Origin: Flavobacterium sp.
GTDB lineage: Bacteria; Bacteroidota; Bacteroidia; Flavobacteriales; Flavobacteriaceae
Assembly: GCF_040379285.1 (NCBI RefSeq)
Contig: NZ_JBEILJ010000007.1
Location: 1,134-65,133, forward strand
Length of the DNA stretch: 64,000 nt
Direction of reading: 5' to 3'
Part shown: piece by piece, positions 39,692-50,518 of the stretch
Numbering within the stretch: position 1 is the stretch's first letter
How the letters are laid out: each line of letters begins with the position of its first letter
The notes under the pieces: model-generated
Told to the model about the DNA's origin: nothing
Database searches by the model: none
What the model saw: only the letters and a program-made list of their open reading frames with translations
Program-made: the position numbers and the translations under genes

Positions 39692-39865
39692 GATCAATTT
39701 GATTAGAGTGTGAAGTAATATACGATATAGTAGGTCATTCGGTTTTATGACTCAATTATTTTTTTTAAAGCTATTTTAAATTACTTTTTTAAGATGTAAA
39801 AAATTGGAAGCTAAATAAAAGTTGTTAGTTATTGGTTGCTTTTATATAGATTTGAAACAAAAAAG

Positions 39866-40441
39866 ATGAAACTCGTTTTTGCCTCCAATAATGCCCATAA
39901 AATTACTGAAATTCAAGCCATGTTACCCCCATCCATTGAATTGTTGGGTTTACAAGACATTGGGTGCTTTGAAGACATTCCCGAAACCGCCTCAACCCTC
40001 GAGGGGAATGCCCAATTGAAAGCGGATTATGTTACGGAGAACTATAGCCTTCCCTGTTTTGCTGATGATACAGGACTTGAAGTAGAGGCACTTAACGGAG
40101 CGCCTGGGGTATATTCAGCACGGTATGCGGGCGAACAGAAAAATGCGCTAGACAATATGCAAAAGCTCTTGACGGCATTAGAAGGTAAAAGCAATCGAAA
40201 AGCCCAATTTAAAACCGTTATTGCCTTGAATATCAACGGAAAATCACACCAATTTACAGGTATTGTACAAGGCGAAATTAGCAAAGAAAAAAAAGGAACC
40301 CAAGGATTTGGCTACGACCCGATTTTTGTCCCAGAAGGCTTTACTAGCAGCTTTGCCGAAATGAATCAAGACGAAAAAGCCCGACTCAGTCACCGCGGAA
40401 AAGCAGTGGCGCAGCTAATTGCATTTTTGACCGATAAATAA
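39866..40441 (+). CDS. rdgB: Non-canonical purine NTP pyrophosphatase
   Basis: [34 protein letters not shown] and SHRGKA. Confidence 0.95.
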   Translation: MKLVFASNNAHKITEIQAMLPPSIELLGLQDIGCFEDIPETASTLEGNAQLKADYVTENYSLPCFADDTGLEVEALNGAPGVYSARYAGEQKNALDNMQKLLTALEGKSNRKAQFKTVIALNINGKSHQFTGIVQGEISKEKKGTQGFGYDPIFVPEGFTSSFAEMNQDEKARLSHRGKAVAQLIAFLTDK

Positions 40442-40588
40442 AGAAAAAACTACATCTTGGGCAGGTAAACCCTATTTTATACACGCTTTCGTCATTTTTC
40501 TAGCAAAATAACTGAATTAATCGCAGTAGGATTTGATGTAATTTATTGAATTTCAAGCCAAATAATCCCGAATGCCCGCTTACTAATC

Positions 40589-40629
40589 ACTTAATAATTA
40601 GCTATATCCAATTATTAAGTCTACCTTTG
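40589..40629 (+). promoter_or_regulatory. 11-bp inverted repeat abutting the -7 element of the second DEAD-box gene
   Basis: ACTTAATAATT-N10-AATTATTAAGT followed by TACCTTTG (40622-40629). Confidence 0.55.
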
Positions 40630-40649
40630 CCCCCGAATTAATACGATCT

Positions 40650-42488
40650 ATGAATAAATTTGAACAATTAGGCCTGAACGCCGCGCTTCTTCAAGCGATT
40701 GGCGATATGGGATTTGAAACTCCATCGGAGGTTCAAGAAAAAGCGATTCCTGTGCTTTTGGAACAGGAGACTGACCTTGTGGCTTTGGCCCAAACCGGAA
40801 CCGGAAAAACAGCAGCCTTTGGCTTTCCGTTACTTCAAAAAATAGATGTCGAGGACCGCAGTACGCAAGCCTTGATTTTATCGCCCACCCGCGAACTTTG
40901 TCTCCAAATTACGAACGAACTTAAACAGTACTCTAAATACATTAAAGGACTTCATGTCGTGGCCGTTTATGGGGGCGCTAGCATTACCGAACAAGCCCGT
41001 GAAGTAAAACGTGGGGCTCAGGTTATTGTAGCGACACCCGGACGTATGCAAGACATGATTAACCGTGGATTTGTCAACATTAAAAACATCGCTTACTGCA
41101 TCTTGGATGAAGCCGATGAAATGTTGAATATGGGATTCTACGACGATATCTGTGCTATCCTTTCCGATACGCCCGATGACAAGTCTACTTGGTTGTTTTC
41201 GGCTACCATGCCTGCCGAAGTGGCGCGCATCGCGAAAAAGTTTATGGCCGACCCCGTTGAAATTACAGTCGGTGCTAAAAACTCAGGTACAGCAACGGTT
41301 TCCCATGAATTTTATGTGGTCAATGCCCGCGATCGATACGAAGCATTAAAACGGTTGGCCGATGCCAATCCCGATATTTTCTCGGTTATTTTTTGTCGTA
41401 CCAAACGCGATACACAAGCCGTTGCTGAAAAACTTATCGAAGACGGTTACAATGCCGCAGCTTTACATGGCGACTTGTCACAAGCGCAACGCGACTCGGT
41501 GATGAAATCCTTCCGTGGACGACAAATCCAAATGTTGGTTGCTACCGATGTGGCGGCTCGTGGAATTGATGTTGACAACGTTACCCACGTCATCAATTAC
41601 CAATTACCCGATGAAATTGAAACCTACAACCACCGTTCGGGTCGTACTGGACGTGCAGGAAAATTGGGAACTTCAATTGTAATTATTACCAAATCAGAAG
41701 TACGAAAAATCCACACCATCGAAAAAATCATCAAACAAAAGTTTGAAGAAAAAACGATTCCTAGTGGTATCGAAATCTGCGAAATTCAATTATTGCATTT
41801 AGCCAATAAAATTCATGATACCGAAATCGACCATGAAATCGACAATTACCTGCCTGCGATATACCAGGTTTTTGAAAACCTAAGCAAAGAGGATTTGATT
41901 CGTAAAATGGTATCGGTAGAATTTAACCGTTTCTTGAATTACTATAAAAAGAAAAAAGACCTATCGAGCGAACGCAGCAGTGAACGTTCCTCAGGCGGTT
42001 CAATCAAAGCAGGCGATGCGGTTCGTTATTTTATCAATATCGGAACACGCGATGATTTTGATTGGATGAAATTGAAAGATTTCTTGCGCGAAGCCTTAGA
42101 TTTAGGACGTGACGATGTTTTCAAAGTTGATGTAAAAGAAGGGTTCTCTTTCTTCAATACCGACGGAGAACATGCTGAACGTGTCATGGATATTTTTAGC
42201 AACTTCCAATTGGAAGGCCGAAAAATTAACGTTGAAATTTCTAAAAATGACAACGGTGGACGTAAAAGTGGCCGTGGTGATTTTGGAGGTAAACGCGAAC
42301 GTCGTGATCGTTTTGCCGACCATTCAGAACGCCGCAGTGAACGCCGTAGCGAAGGACGTTTTGAACCCCGTGGTGAACGCCGTAGTGGTGGTGAAGCAAG
42401 GCCTTTGGGAAGACGTAGTGATGCTAGTCGCGATCGACAGCCCGCCAACAAAGCTTTTGAAGCAGCCAAACGCCGCCGTAAAAGTTAG
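40650..42488 (+). CDS. DEAD-box RNA helicase, DeaD/CsdA-like with DbpA-type RNA-binding domain
   Basis: AQTGTGKT, DEAD, SAT and HRSGRTGR; C-terminal RYFINIG...; Arg/Gly/Ser-rich tail. Confidence 0.95.
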   Translation: MNKFEQLGLNAALLQAIGDMGFETPSEVQEKAIPVLLEQETDLVALAQTGTGKTAAFGFPLLQKIDVEDRSTQALILSPTRELCLQITNELKQYSKYIKGLHVVAVYGGASITEQAREVKRGAQVIVATPGRMQDMINRGFVNIKNIAYCILDEADEMLNMGFYDDICAILSDTPDDKSTWLFSATMPAEVARIAKKFMADPVEITVGAKNSGTATVSHEFYVVNARDRYEALKRLADANPDIFSVIFCRTKRDTQAVAEKLIEDGYNAAALHGDLSQAQRDSVMKSFRGRQIQMLVATDVAARGIDVDNVTHVINYQLPDEIETYNHRSGRTGRAGKLGTSIVIITKSEVRKIHTIEKIIKQKFEEKTIPSGIEICEIQLLHLANKIHDTEIDHEIDNYLPAIYQVFENLSKEDLIRKMVSVEFNRFLNYYKKKKDLSSERSSERSSGGSIKAGDAVRYFINIGTRDDFDWMKLKDFLREALDLGRDDVFKVDVKEGFSFFNTDGEHAERVMDIFSNFQLEGRKINVEISKNDNGGRKSGRGDFGGKRERRDRFADHSERRSERRSEGRFEPRGERRSGGEARPLGRRSDASRDRQPANKAFEAAKRRRKS

Positions 42489-42492
42489 ATAC

Positions 42493-42517
42493 AAGCCCTC
42501 TTCGGAGGGTTTTTTTT
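42493..42517 (+). terminator. Intrinsic terminator
   Basis: AAGCCCTC-TTCG-GAGGG(T)8. Confidence 0.85.
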
Positions 42518-42719
42518 GTATATAACTTTGATGCCTCTGCAATCGACGACACCCCTTTGTTCATGAATCAGGGAGGTGATTAAACTTCTATTGGAGGCTA
42601 CTTCATCCCAAAACAAAAGACGCTCCCCTAGCGATAGGCTGTTAATTTTCTGATAATCTTTCGATACGAAATTGGAATTCCTGTTAAAATTGCTACTTTT
42701 AACACTGAATTTGGTGACC

Positions 42720-43490
42720 ATGCAATACCGCTATTTATTACTTTTCTTTAGTATTTTTCTTGGTGTCTCTGCCCAAACCAACCCTACCGATCGCTTGGTG
42801 AAAGGAACTATTGTCAATAGCGCCTCTACCCTGCCTGTAGCTAATGTGAATATTATCAATATTAATAAAGTCAAAGGAACGCAAACCAATACTAAAGGAG
42901 AGTTTGAAATCAATGCTTCCGTCAACGATACGCTTCACATCACCATGATTGGATTTCAATCCCTTCGGGTTCGTGTCACCAACGACTGGATTAAAACCGG
43001 AACCGCTCGTTTGGAACTGACCGAAAAAGCGATTGCGCTTGAAGAAGTGGTGATCCGAAAATACAAGCTCACAGGGTATCTTGAGGTCGACACCAAATTA
43101 ATTCCCATTGCTGAAAATTATCGCTATAGCATTTCTGGCTTACCACAAGCGTATGAAGCGGGAGAATCCTCCCCCAACGCCTTTACTCGTGTGGTCAACT
43201 CGGTTTTCAATCCGGCAGATATGCTGTATAATTTCTTTGGGAAAAAACCCAAAGAACTCCGTAAATTACGGGAAATGAAAAAAGACGATACGGTTAAAAA
43301 TCTTTTAGAAACCAAATACGATCGGGAAACCATTGCTATCCTTTTGGGAGTAGATAAAAAAGATATTGCCGAAATTCTCAGCCGCTGTAGTTACTCGGAA
43401 GCCTTTATCGAAACCGCCAACGACCTCCAAATCATGGAAGCCATCAGCCAATGCTATGAACAGTATAAAGTATTGAGCAAGTCCAAATAA
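42720..43490 (+). CDS. Carboxypeptidase-regulatory-like domain protein
   Basis: Signal peptide; GTQTNTKGEFEI...DTLHITMIGFQ, LEEVVI. Confidence 0.82.
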   Translation: MQYRYLLLFFSIFLGVSAQTNPTDRLVKGTIVNSASTLPVANVNIININKVKGTQTNTKGEFEINASVNDTLHITMIGFQSLRVRVTNDWIKTGTARLELTEKAIALEEVVIRKYKLTGYLEVDTKLIPIAENYRYSISGLPQAYEAGESSPNAFTRVVNSVFNPADMLYNFFGKKPKELRKLREMKKDDTVKNLLETKYDRETIAILLGVDKKDIAEILSRCSYSEAFIETANDLQIMEAISQCYEQYKVLSKSK

Positions 43491-43553
43491 TTCCTCTTTC
43501 TACATTTTTTCTCCCTAAATTACAGTACCTTGGGCTCTTAAAATTTAAGACTC

Positions 43554-44285
43554 ATGCGTAAATTCGCTCTTTTTGCCATTCTATCGATAGCATTCCTCAC
43601 CGTTTCTTGTAAATCACGTACTCAAAAAATGCACGAATTTGTCAATGGTTTTAATCAAACCGCTGCGATGTCCTACAGCGGACTTTCGGGCACCCAAGCC
43701 AAAGTAGGAGGTTTGGACGTTATCGAGTTAAACTTGGCATCTCCCTTAGACATTAACGATCCTACGGCTTCGCAAGCAGCACAGTTAATGATTTCGGCAC
43801 TTCCAGCCATGTTTCAACGCGAAGAATCGATGATGAAACTCATCAACGAAGGCGTAAAGTTTAAAGTTAGAATCATCGACACCAACGGCCGAATCATCAC
43901 CGATGCGCTTGTAGATAAACCGTATTTGGATAAAACCCAACAAAGTAGCCCGATCAATGATGGTCAATCGGCTGAAGAAACAGCAATCAACGCCTTGAAT
44001 GCGAGTTTACCCATGAAATATGAAGATGGAAGTCGCTTGATGAAAATTGAACGCACATCGAGAAACGAACTCACCTATACCTTAGAAATGCCTGCCGACA
44101 TGCAGGAAATTCTTAAATCACCCAATGCAGAACCTTTGTTGAAAGAGGTGCTAAAATCAGATCCCTCTACACAAAATACACTTCGCCGTATGCGTGGCAT
44201 TGGGATTACTAAAGTCACCTACAAATTAATCACTCCAGAGAGCAAAGCCATTCAATCCATGACATTTAATGCGTCAGAATTTTAA
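43554..44285 (+). CDS. Hypothetical lipoprotein with a duplicated small alpha/beta domain
   Basis: Lipobox LTVSC; LPMKYEDGSRLMKIERTSRNELTYTL in the second repeat. Confidence 0.7.
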   Translation: MRKFALFAILSIAFLTVSCKSRTQKMHEFVNGFNQTAAMSYSGLSGTQAKVGGLDVIELNLASPLDINDPTASQAAQLMISALPAMFQREESMMKLINEGVKFKVRIIDTNGRIITDALVDKPYLDKTQQSSPINDGQSAEETAINALNASLPMKYEDGSRLMKIERTSRNELTYTLEMPADMQEILKSPNAEPLLKEVLKSDPSTQNTLRRMRGIGITKVTYKLITPESKAIQSMTFNASEF

Positions 44286-44288
44286 GCG

Positions 44289-44996
44289 ATGGAAAGTAAT
44301 AATCCTTGGCGTAAAATTCTCACGTTCGGAATTTTGATTTTTGCGCTAGTTCGTATCGCCCTTTTATGCAGTCGAACCCAACAAGCGCCAACCATTTCCC
44401 TAGTAAATCAATCGGTAAATAATGCCCTTCAAATGCAGCAAGAAAACCTGCAACGGATTCGCGAAACCCAATATGCACAGGCCCCCAAAGCCTTGTATAC
44501 TCCGTATCAAGAATTGCGTGAAACCGAAGATATTGTGTTGTTGCAACGCGGTATTCAACGGTTGGCTAAAGACAGTTTATTTCCCTTTGACATCAACACA
44601 AGTATTCGCTTGACCAAAGAAACAATGTTCCTTACCCATCCGCCAATGCCCATTCGCTTCGGCTTCAAGTCGACCGATAATACAGTTACCTATGTTATTG
44701 AATACGAAGGCGAAGAAAAAGGAAATATTTGGCTAAAACAACATCGGGAAGCTTTTAAACTCAGTAAAAAAGAGGCTTCTTCTGAGCGCACCGACCAATT
44801 GTTTTACCAATTTCAACAGGAGGATCGAACCTTTAATGGATATGGGGTATCAACCACCGATCAGGGAGTAACCACACTGATGGTCGTTGAAAGTCCAAAA
44901 CTAACATCGGCCCAACTCCAAACACACTTTCTTATGTTTGCGTTGACGAATTTTGTGAAGGTTCAAAAGAAGGAGGCTGCGAATAACGTTCCATAA
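44289..44996 (+). CDS. Hypothetical protein with N-terminal membrane anchor
   Basis: 235-aa ORF starting 3 nt after the previous stop; its 3' end overlaps the convergent trmH-like gene. Confidence 0.65.
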   Translation: MESNNPWRKILTFGILIFALVRIALLCSRTQQAPTISLVNQSVNNALQMQQENLQRIRETQYAQAPKALYTPYQELRETEDIVLLQRGIQRLAKDSLFPFDINTSIRLTKETMFLTHPPMPIRFGFKSTDNTVTYVIEYEGEEKGNIWLKQHREAFKLSKKEASSERTDQLFYQFQQEDRTFNGYGVSTTDQGVTTLMVVESPKLTSAQLQTHFLMFALTNFVKVQKKEAANNVP

Positions 44997-45624
44997 TTCG
45001 TGCAACATCTTTGATTGAATTTTGGGTCCATTGCATTCGATAATGCAGGCGTTCCTCGGGGGTTAATGACCATGCGATTTCCGATTGGCGCAATCGTGAC
45101 GTAAGGTCTTGTATAACAATCGCAGCGGAAACCGAAATATTTAAACTTTCTGTAAATCCAACCATTGGAATCTTTAAGAATCCATCGGCTTGTGCCAGAA
45201 TTTCAGGAGATAAGCCTTCTTTTTCTGTCCCAAAAAAAAGGGCTGATCGTTGGGAGATATCAAACTCGTGTAGCAGACAGGAATCGTTGTGCGGGGTGGT
45301 GGCGATAATTTGATACCCTTGTGAACGCAACTTTTCGATGCAAGAGGTTACGGAATTATACCGCTGCACATCGACCCATTTTTGCGCCCCCATGGCAATT
45401 TCTCGATCGATTCGCTTGCCAAACTTTTGTTCGATAACATGCAACTGCTGCACACCAAACACTTCACAACTACGCATCACTGCACTGGTATTATGCAATT
45501 GATACACGTCTTCCATCGCAATAGTAATATGATTGGTACGCGAAGCCAATATCTTTTGAAACTTTTCTTTGCGTTCTTCGGTTAAAAACCCCTCGAGATA
45601 GGCTAACAAGTTCAAATCGACCAT
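44932..45624 (-). CDS. TrmH/SpoU family RNA methyltransferase
   Basis: HNTSAVMRSC, FFGTEKEGLS and IPMVGFTESLNISVSAAI. Confidence 0.93.
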   Translation of the reverse strand: MVDLNLLAYLEGFLTEERKEKFQKILASRTNHITIAMEDVYQLHNTSAVMRSCEVFGVQQLHVIEQKFGKRIDREIAMGAQKWVDVQRYNSVTSCIEKLRSQGYQIIATTPHNDSCLLHEFDISQRSALFFGTEKEGLSPEILAQADGFLKIPMVGFTESLNISVSAAIVIQDLTSRLRQSEIAWSLTPEERLHYRMQWTQNSIKDVARIMERYSQPPSFEPSQNSSTQT

Positions 45625-45840
45625 GAGTATTTTTTTAGCTAAAATACAATAAGGAAGTTGAATTAAAAATGAAGTACTGTTCGCAAAGCGTAAACTTTGT
45701 AAGGCAATAGATTTTTGATCGTTGTTGTTTCTTTACAATTAACTTCCTACTTTGCGTTAACCAATCAATGAATCCTATCCAAATAACCACGCACCACCTA
45801 CTGTATCTAGAATTCATAACTCATAATTTATAACTTACAA

Positions 45841-46530
45841 TTGAAAACACTTACCATTTTAACAGGCGCCGGTATTTCGGCAGAAAGTGGGATTGCCACG
45901 TTTCGCGATGCCAACGGTCTTTGGGAAGGTCATGACGTTATGGAAGTGGCTACTCCCGAGGGGTTTAGACGTAATCCTGAATTGGTATTGGAATTTTACA
46001 ACCAACGACGACGGCAATTGCATACCGTACAAGCCAATACAGGGCACACTACTTTGGCCGCGATGGAGCAGGACTATCGCATACACATCGTTACGCAAAA
46101 TGTGGATGATTTGCATGAAAGGGCGGGCAGTTCACATGTTTTACACCTTCACGGTGAACTATTGAAAGTGCGATCGACCCAAGACCCCAACTACATAATT
46201 GACTGGCCTGGTGATTTGCATTGGGGGGATAGTGATCAAAAGGGAGCACAACTGCGTCCCAATATCGTATGGTTTGGTGAGGAGGTTCCTGCACTTGAAC
46301 AAGCCCTACACTATGTACAACAAGCGGATGCCGTTGTCGTGATAGGAACGTCCCTGCAAGTGTATCCTGCGGCAGGACTTATTCACTATGCGCGACCGGG
46401 TGTTCCCTTGTTTTACATTGACCCCAAACCCGCATCCCTGTATGATGTGGCTAATCCGTTGGAAATCATTTCGGAATCGGCTACAATAGGCGTTCCCCTG
46501 CTTTGGGAAAAGTTAAAAAAAGTACTGTGA
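45841..46530 (+). CDS. cobB: NAD-dependent protein deacylase (Sir2/CobB family)
   Basis: GAGISAESG, TQNVDDLH, LHGE, LRPNIVWFGE and GTSLQVYPAA. Confidence 0.92.
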   Translation: MKTLTILTGAGISAESGIATFRDANGLWEGHDVMEVATPEGFRRNPELVLEFYNQRRRQLHTVQANTGHTTLAAMEQDYRIHIVTQNVDDLHERAGSSHVLHLHGELLKVRSTQDPNYIIDWPGDLHWGDSDQKGAQLRPNIVWFGEEVPALEQALHYVQQADAVVVIGTSLQVYPAAGLIHYARPGVPLFYIDPKPASLYDVANPLEIISESATIGVPLLWEKLKKVL

Positions 46531-46585
46531 TAGCTTGGCGTTTCCGAAATCAAATCCGTAATTTTGCGCCTTAACAACACAACCT

Positions 46586-47929
46586 ATGTCACTTACTGCA
46601 CTGAACGCCATATCGCCCATAGACGGACGTTATCGTAAAGTTACCCAACCGCTTGCTGCGTATTTTTCGGAAGAAGCGTTAATCAAATACCGTGTTCTTG
46701 TGGAAATCGAGTATTTTATCGCTTTGTGTGAAGCGGGTATTCCACAATTGAAGAACGTTAATCCATCGGTTTTTCCAAGTCTTCGGGAGTTGTACAACGA
46801 ATTTACAACGGAAGATGCCTTGTGGATTAAGGAAACTGAAAAAACGACCAACCATGATGTTAAAGCTGTTGAATATTTTATCAAACATAAATTTGACGCC
46901 TTAGGTTTAGAACCCTTCAAAGAATTCATTCACTTTGGACTGACCTCGCAAGACATTAATAATACGGCTATTCCACTCTCGACAAAACAGGCTTTTGAGA
47001 AAGTGTATTTGCCTTCGTTAATTGCAGTTATCGCCAAACTCAAACAATTGTCGATGGAATGGCATGATGTACCTATGTTGGCGCGTACCCATGGGCAGCC
47101 CGCTTCTCCTACCCGCTTGGGTAAAGAGATTTTGGTGTTTGTGGAACGATTGGAAGAACAAATGCGATTGCTGTTTAATGTTCCTTTTGCCGCCAAATTT
47201 GGGGGAGCTACTGGAAATTACAACGCGCATCGAATAGCCTATCCGAATACGGACTGGAAAAATTTTGGAACCAATTTCGTGGAAGGCATTTTGGGGTTAC
47301 ACCATTCGTTTCCTACCACACAAATTGAGCATTACGACCATTTTGCCGCTTTTTTTGATGCGTTAAAGCGAATCAATACGATATTAATTGATTTGGATCG
47401 CGATCTATGGACCTATGTGTCAATGGATTATTTTAAGCAAAAAATCAAAGCGGGTGAAATTGGATCTTCAGCTATGCCGCACAAGGTGAATCCGATTGAT
47501 TTTGAAAATTCAGAAGGAAACTTAGGGATGGCCAATGCATTATTTGAACATTTAGCCGCCAAATTACCGATTTCCCGATTGCAACGTGATTTGACCGATA
47601 GTACCGTTTTGCGTAACGTGGGCGTTCCCCTTGGTCATACCCTTATTGCCTTTGAAGCTACTTTAAAAGGTTTGAACAAGTTATTATTGAACGAAGCCAA
47701 ATTAGCCGAAGATTTGGAAAACAACTGGGCTGTGGTGGCTGAGGCTATTCAAACGATTTTGCGTCGTGAAGGGTATCCGAATCCGTATGAAGCCTTAAAA
47801 GATTTAACCCGAACCAACAGTGCTATTAACCAACAATCTATACAAGCGTTCATACAAACCTTAAAGGTAAATGATGCTGTCAAAGCCGAATTGATGGCCA
47901 TTACTCCGAGCAACTACTTGGGAATATGA
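46586..47929 (+). CDS. purB: Adenylosuccinate lyase
   Basis: AISPIDGRY, TNHDVKAVEY, RTHGQ and SSAMPHKVNPIDFENSEGN. Confidence 0.97.
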   Translation: MSLTALNAISPIDGRYRKVTQPLAAYFSEEALIKYRVLVEIEYFIALCEAGIPQLKNVNPSVFPSLRELYNEFTTEDALWIKETEKTTNHDVKAVEYFIKHKFDALGLEPFKEFIHFGLTSQDINNTAIPLSTKQAFEKVYLPSLIAVIAKLKQLSMEWHDVPMLARTHGQPASPTRLGKEILVFVERLEEQMRLLFNVPFAAKFGGATGNYNAHRIAYPNTDWKNFGTNFVEGILGLHHSFPTTQIEHYDHFAAFFDALKRINTILIDLDRDLWTYVSMDYFKQKIKAGEIGSSAMPHKVNPIDFENSEGNLGMANALFEHLAAKLPISRLQRDLTDSTVLRNVGVPLGHTLIAFEATLKGLNKLLLNEAKLAEDLENNWAVVAEAIQTILRREGYPNPYEALKDLTRTNSAINQQSIQAFIQTLKVNDAVKAELMAITPSNYLGI

Positions 47930-48403
47930 GGGTTATTGTAAATTATAAATTTTAAATGAACGGCTTGCTGAGGTGAGTCGTTTTTTTTTAAATGAAGTAT
48001 TTAAAAATAATAGGTATTTTTTTGGGGAGGGGATACTCTCATTTTTATCTCTATTTGGTTCGTGTTTTGTTCAGTAATTGTTAGGTAAATGTTGCCTAAT
48101 TACCCCTATTAACCGAAGCGCTTACAAACAAGGTCCGAACAAAACCCTAATACATTTACTAAAATTATGGCAAAAGACGTTACAACCTGTCAAAAATGAC
48201 TACTAAATTCAATGATATAAAAGTTGACTATTCAATTAAATTTATAGCTAAATTTACCGTAGTAATAGCCATTAAGAATTGATTTATTTACCTTTTACTT
48301 TGAAAAGTATTGCGTGATATACTGCCAAATAAAGCATCACACAAACCATTGAAATTTTCGATTCCTATTGATACGCGCCAACAATTTTAATTTTATATAC
48401 GCC

Positions 48404-48961
48404 ATGAAAAAATTTCAAAACAAGTACCGAATACCCTCTTCCCGATTACAAGGTTATGATTATGGGGCCAACGGAATCTATTTTATTACCATTTGTACAA
48501 AAAACAGAAAACATTTTTTTGGCCATATCACAGAGACGCACGATAGTGCGTCTCCATCACCCACAGAGACGCACAATGGTGCGTCTCTGTGTGCAACGGA
48601 AATTGGTAAAATCGCACAGAAATATTGGGCCGAAATCGCTGACCATTACCCCTTTGTTACGGTTGATGCGTTTGTGGTTATGCCCGATCACCTCCATGGA
48701 ATTTTGATATTCAACAATCCCGATAAAAAGGAATGGACACCCAATCAATTTGGTCCACAATCTAAAAATCTTGCAGCTGTAATCCGAGGATTTAAATCTT
48801 CAACAAAGCGATATGCAAATCAAAATGGTATCGAATTTGAATGGCAACCTCGATTTCATGAAAGTATCTTACGAGATGAAAAGGCACTGCTAGCCGTGAG
48901 GCGCTACATCATCAACAACCCTAAAAAATGGCTAGAGACATCCCGTAAAGACGCGCAATAG
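48404..48961 (+). mobile_element. REP-associated tyrosine (Y1/HUH) transposase, IS200-like RAYT
   Basis: YFITICT, VVMPDHLHGIL (HUH), WQPRFHESILR and YIINNPKKW (catalytic Tyr); associated REP hairpins. Confidence 0.9.
48530..48591. repeat. Two REP-like hairpins inside the transposase ORF
   Basis: ACAGAGACGCACGATAGTGCGTCTC and CACAGAGACGCAC-AATG-GTGCGTCTCTGTG (13-bp perfect stem). Confidence 0.85.
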
Positions 48962-49045
48962 CGCGTCTTGCGTGTCTTGCGTGTCTTGCGTGTCTCATGA
49001 CGCGCATATCACACACATAGAGACGCGCAATAGCGCGTCTCTGTA
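48945..49045. repeat. Two REP-like hairpins plus 4 x 9-mer GCG(C/T)GTCT(T/C) tandem at the transposase/guaB junction
   Basis: GTAAAGACGCGC-AATA-GCGCGTCTT (48945-48969) and ATAGAGACGCGC-AATA-GCGCGTCTCTGTA (49017-49045). Confidence 0.88.
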
Positions 49046-50518
49046 TTATCGGGAATAATTCGGGGCTTCTTTGGTAATGGTCACGTTGTGCGGGTGACTT
49101 TCGCCAATACCACTTGCGGTAATACGCACAAATCGCCCAGTTTCTTGCAGGGTTGGAATGTCTTTGGCACCACAATACCCCATTCCGGCGCGCAATCCGC
49201 CAATAAATTGCTGCATGCTTTCATTAAGCTCTCCCTTGTATGGCACGCGACCTACTATACCTTCGGGAACTAGTTTTTTTACATCGTCTTCCACGTCTTG
49301 GAAATAACGGTCTTTCGAACCTTCTTGCATGGCTTCAACCGAACCCATACCGCGGTAGGATTTGAATTTACGACCTTCAAATATGATTGTTTCCCCAGGA
49401 GATTCTTTGGTTCCCGCCAATAACGAGCCTAACATTACACAATCGGCTCCAGCTGCAATGGCTTTCGGAATATCTCCGGTATAACGAACACCACCGTCGG
49501 CAATCACGGGAACACCTGTGCCGCGTAAGGCTGCAGCTACTTCTAGCACAGCTGAAAACTGTGGGAATCCCACTCCTGCCACGACACGGGTGGTACAAAT
49601 AGAACCGGGTCCGATACCCACTTTTACCGCATCGGCGCCATTTTCAACTAAAAATAAGGCAGCCTCAGGCGTAGCAATATTTCCAACTACAACATCCAAT
49701 TGTGGAAACTTATTTTTAACGTCTTTTAAAATGCTGATAACCCCTTTTGAATGACCGTGGGCAGTATCAATTACAATAGCATCCACGCCTGCATTGACCA
49801 AAGCGGTTGCACGATCCAAGGCATCTCCAGTAACCCCAATTGCTGCAGCTACTCGTAACCGACCCAAGGCATCTTTATTGGCATTGGGTTTCTGAATTAA
49901 TTTGGTAATATCGCGAAAGGTAATCAATCCAATCAGCTTGTTGTGTGCATCGACAACAGGTAACTTTTCAATTTTATTTTCTTGTAAAATACTTTCCGCC
50001 TCTAGTAAGGTTGTCCCTTGTGCCGCCGTAACTAAATTATCTGACGTCATTACTTCCAAAATAGATCGGCTATTTACTTTTTCAAAACGCAAATCACGAT
50101 TGGTCACAATTCCTTTTAACAAGCCTTGTTCATCGACTACAGGAATCCCCCCAATACCAAACTCTTTCATCGCCATTTTGGCATCACCAACCGTAGCAGA
50201 AAGTGGCAACGTAACCGGATCAATAATCATCCCACTTTCGGCACGTTTTACTTTACGGACTTTAGCCGCTTGTTGTTCGATGGTCATGTTTTTATGCAAA
50301 ACACCAATCCCACCTTCCTGTGCCATTGCTATAGCCATCGCACTTTCGGTCACGGTATCCATCGCAGCGGAAACTACGGGAACATTCAGGGTAATATTTC
50401 GGGTGAATTTGGATTGAATATTGACTTCGCGAGGGAGCACTTCAGAGTATCCAGGAATGAGCAGAACATCGTCGTAAGTTAATCCCTCACCAACGATTTT
50501 GGTAGTGTGTGCCTTCAT
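49046..50518 (-). CDS. guaB: IMP dehydrogenase
   Basis: [11 protein letters not shown] pair, [11 protein letters not shown] and YRGMGS. Confidence 0.98.
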   Translation of the reverse strand: MKAHTTKIVGEGLTYDDVLLIPGYSEVLPREVNIQSKFTRNITLNVPVVSAAMDTVTESAMAIAMAQEGGIGVLHKNMTIEQQAAKVRKVKRAESGMIIDPVTLPLSATVGDAKMAMKEFGIGGIPVVDEQGLLKGIVTNRDLRFEKVNSRSILEVMTSDNLVTAAQGTTLLEAESILQENKIEKLPVVDAHNKLIGLITFRDITKLIQKPNANKDALGRLRVAAAIGVTGDALDRATALVNAGVDAIVIDTAHGHSKGVISILKDVKNKFPQLDVVVGNIATPEAALFLVENGADAVKVGIGPGSICTTRVVAGVGFPQFSAVLEVAAALRGTGVPVIADGGVRYTGDIPKAIAAGADCVMLGSLLAGTKESPGETIIFEGRKFKSYRGMGSVEAMQEGSKDRYFQDVEDDVKKLVPEGIVGRVPYKGELNESMQQFIGGLRAGMGYCGAKDIPTLQETGRFVRITASGIGESHPHNVTITKEAPNYSR

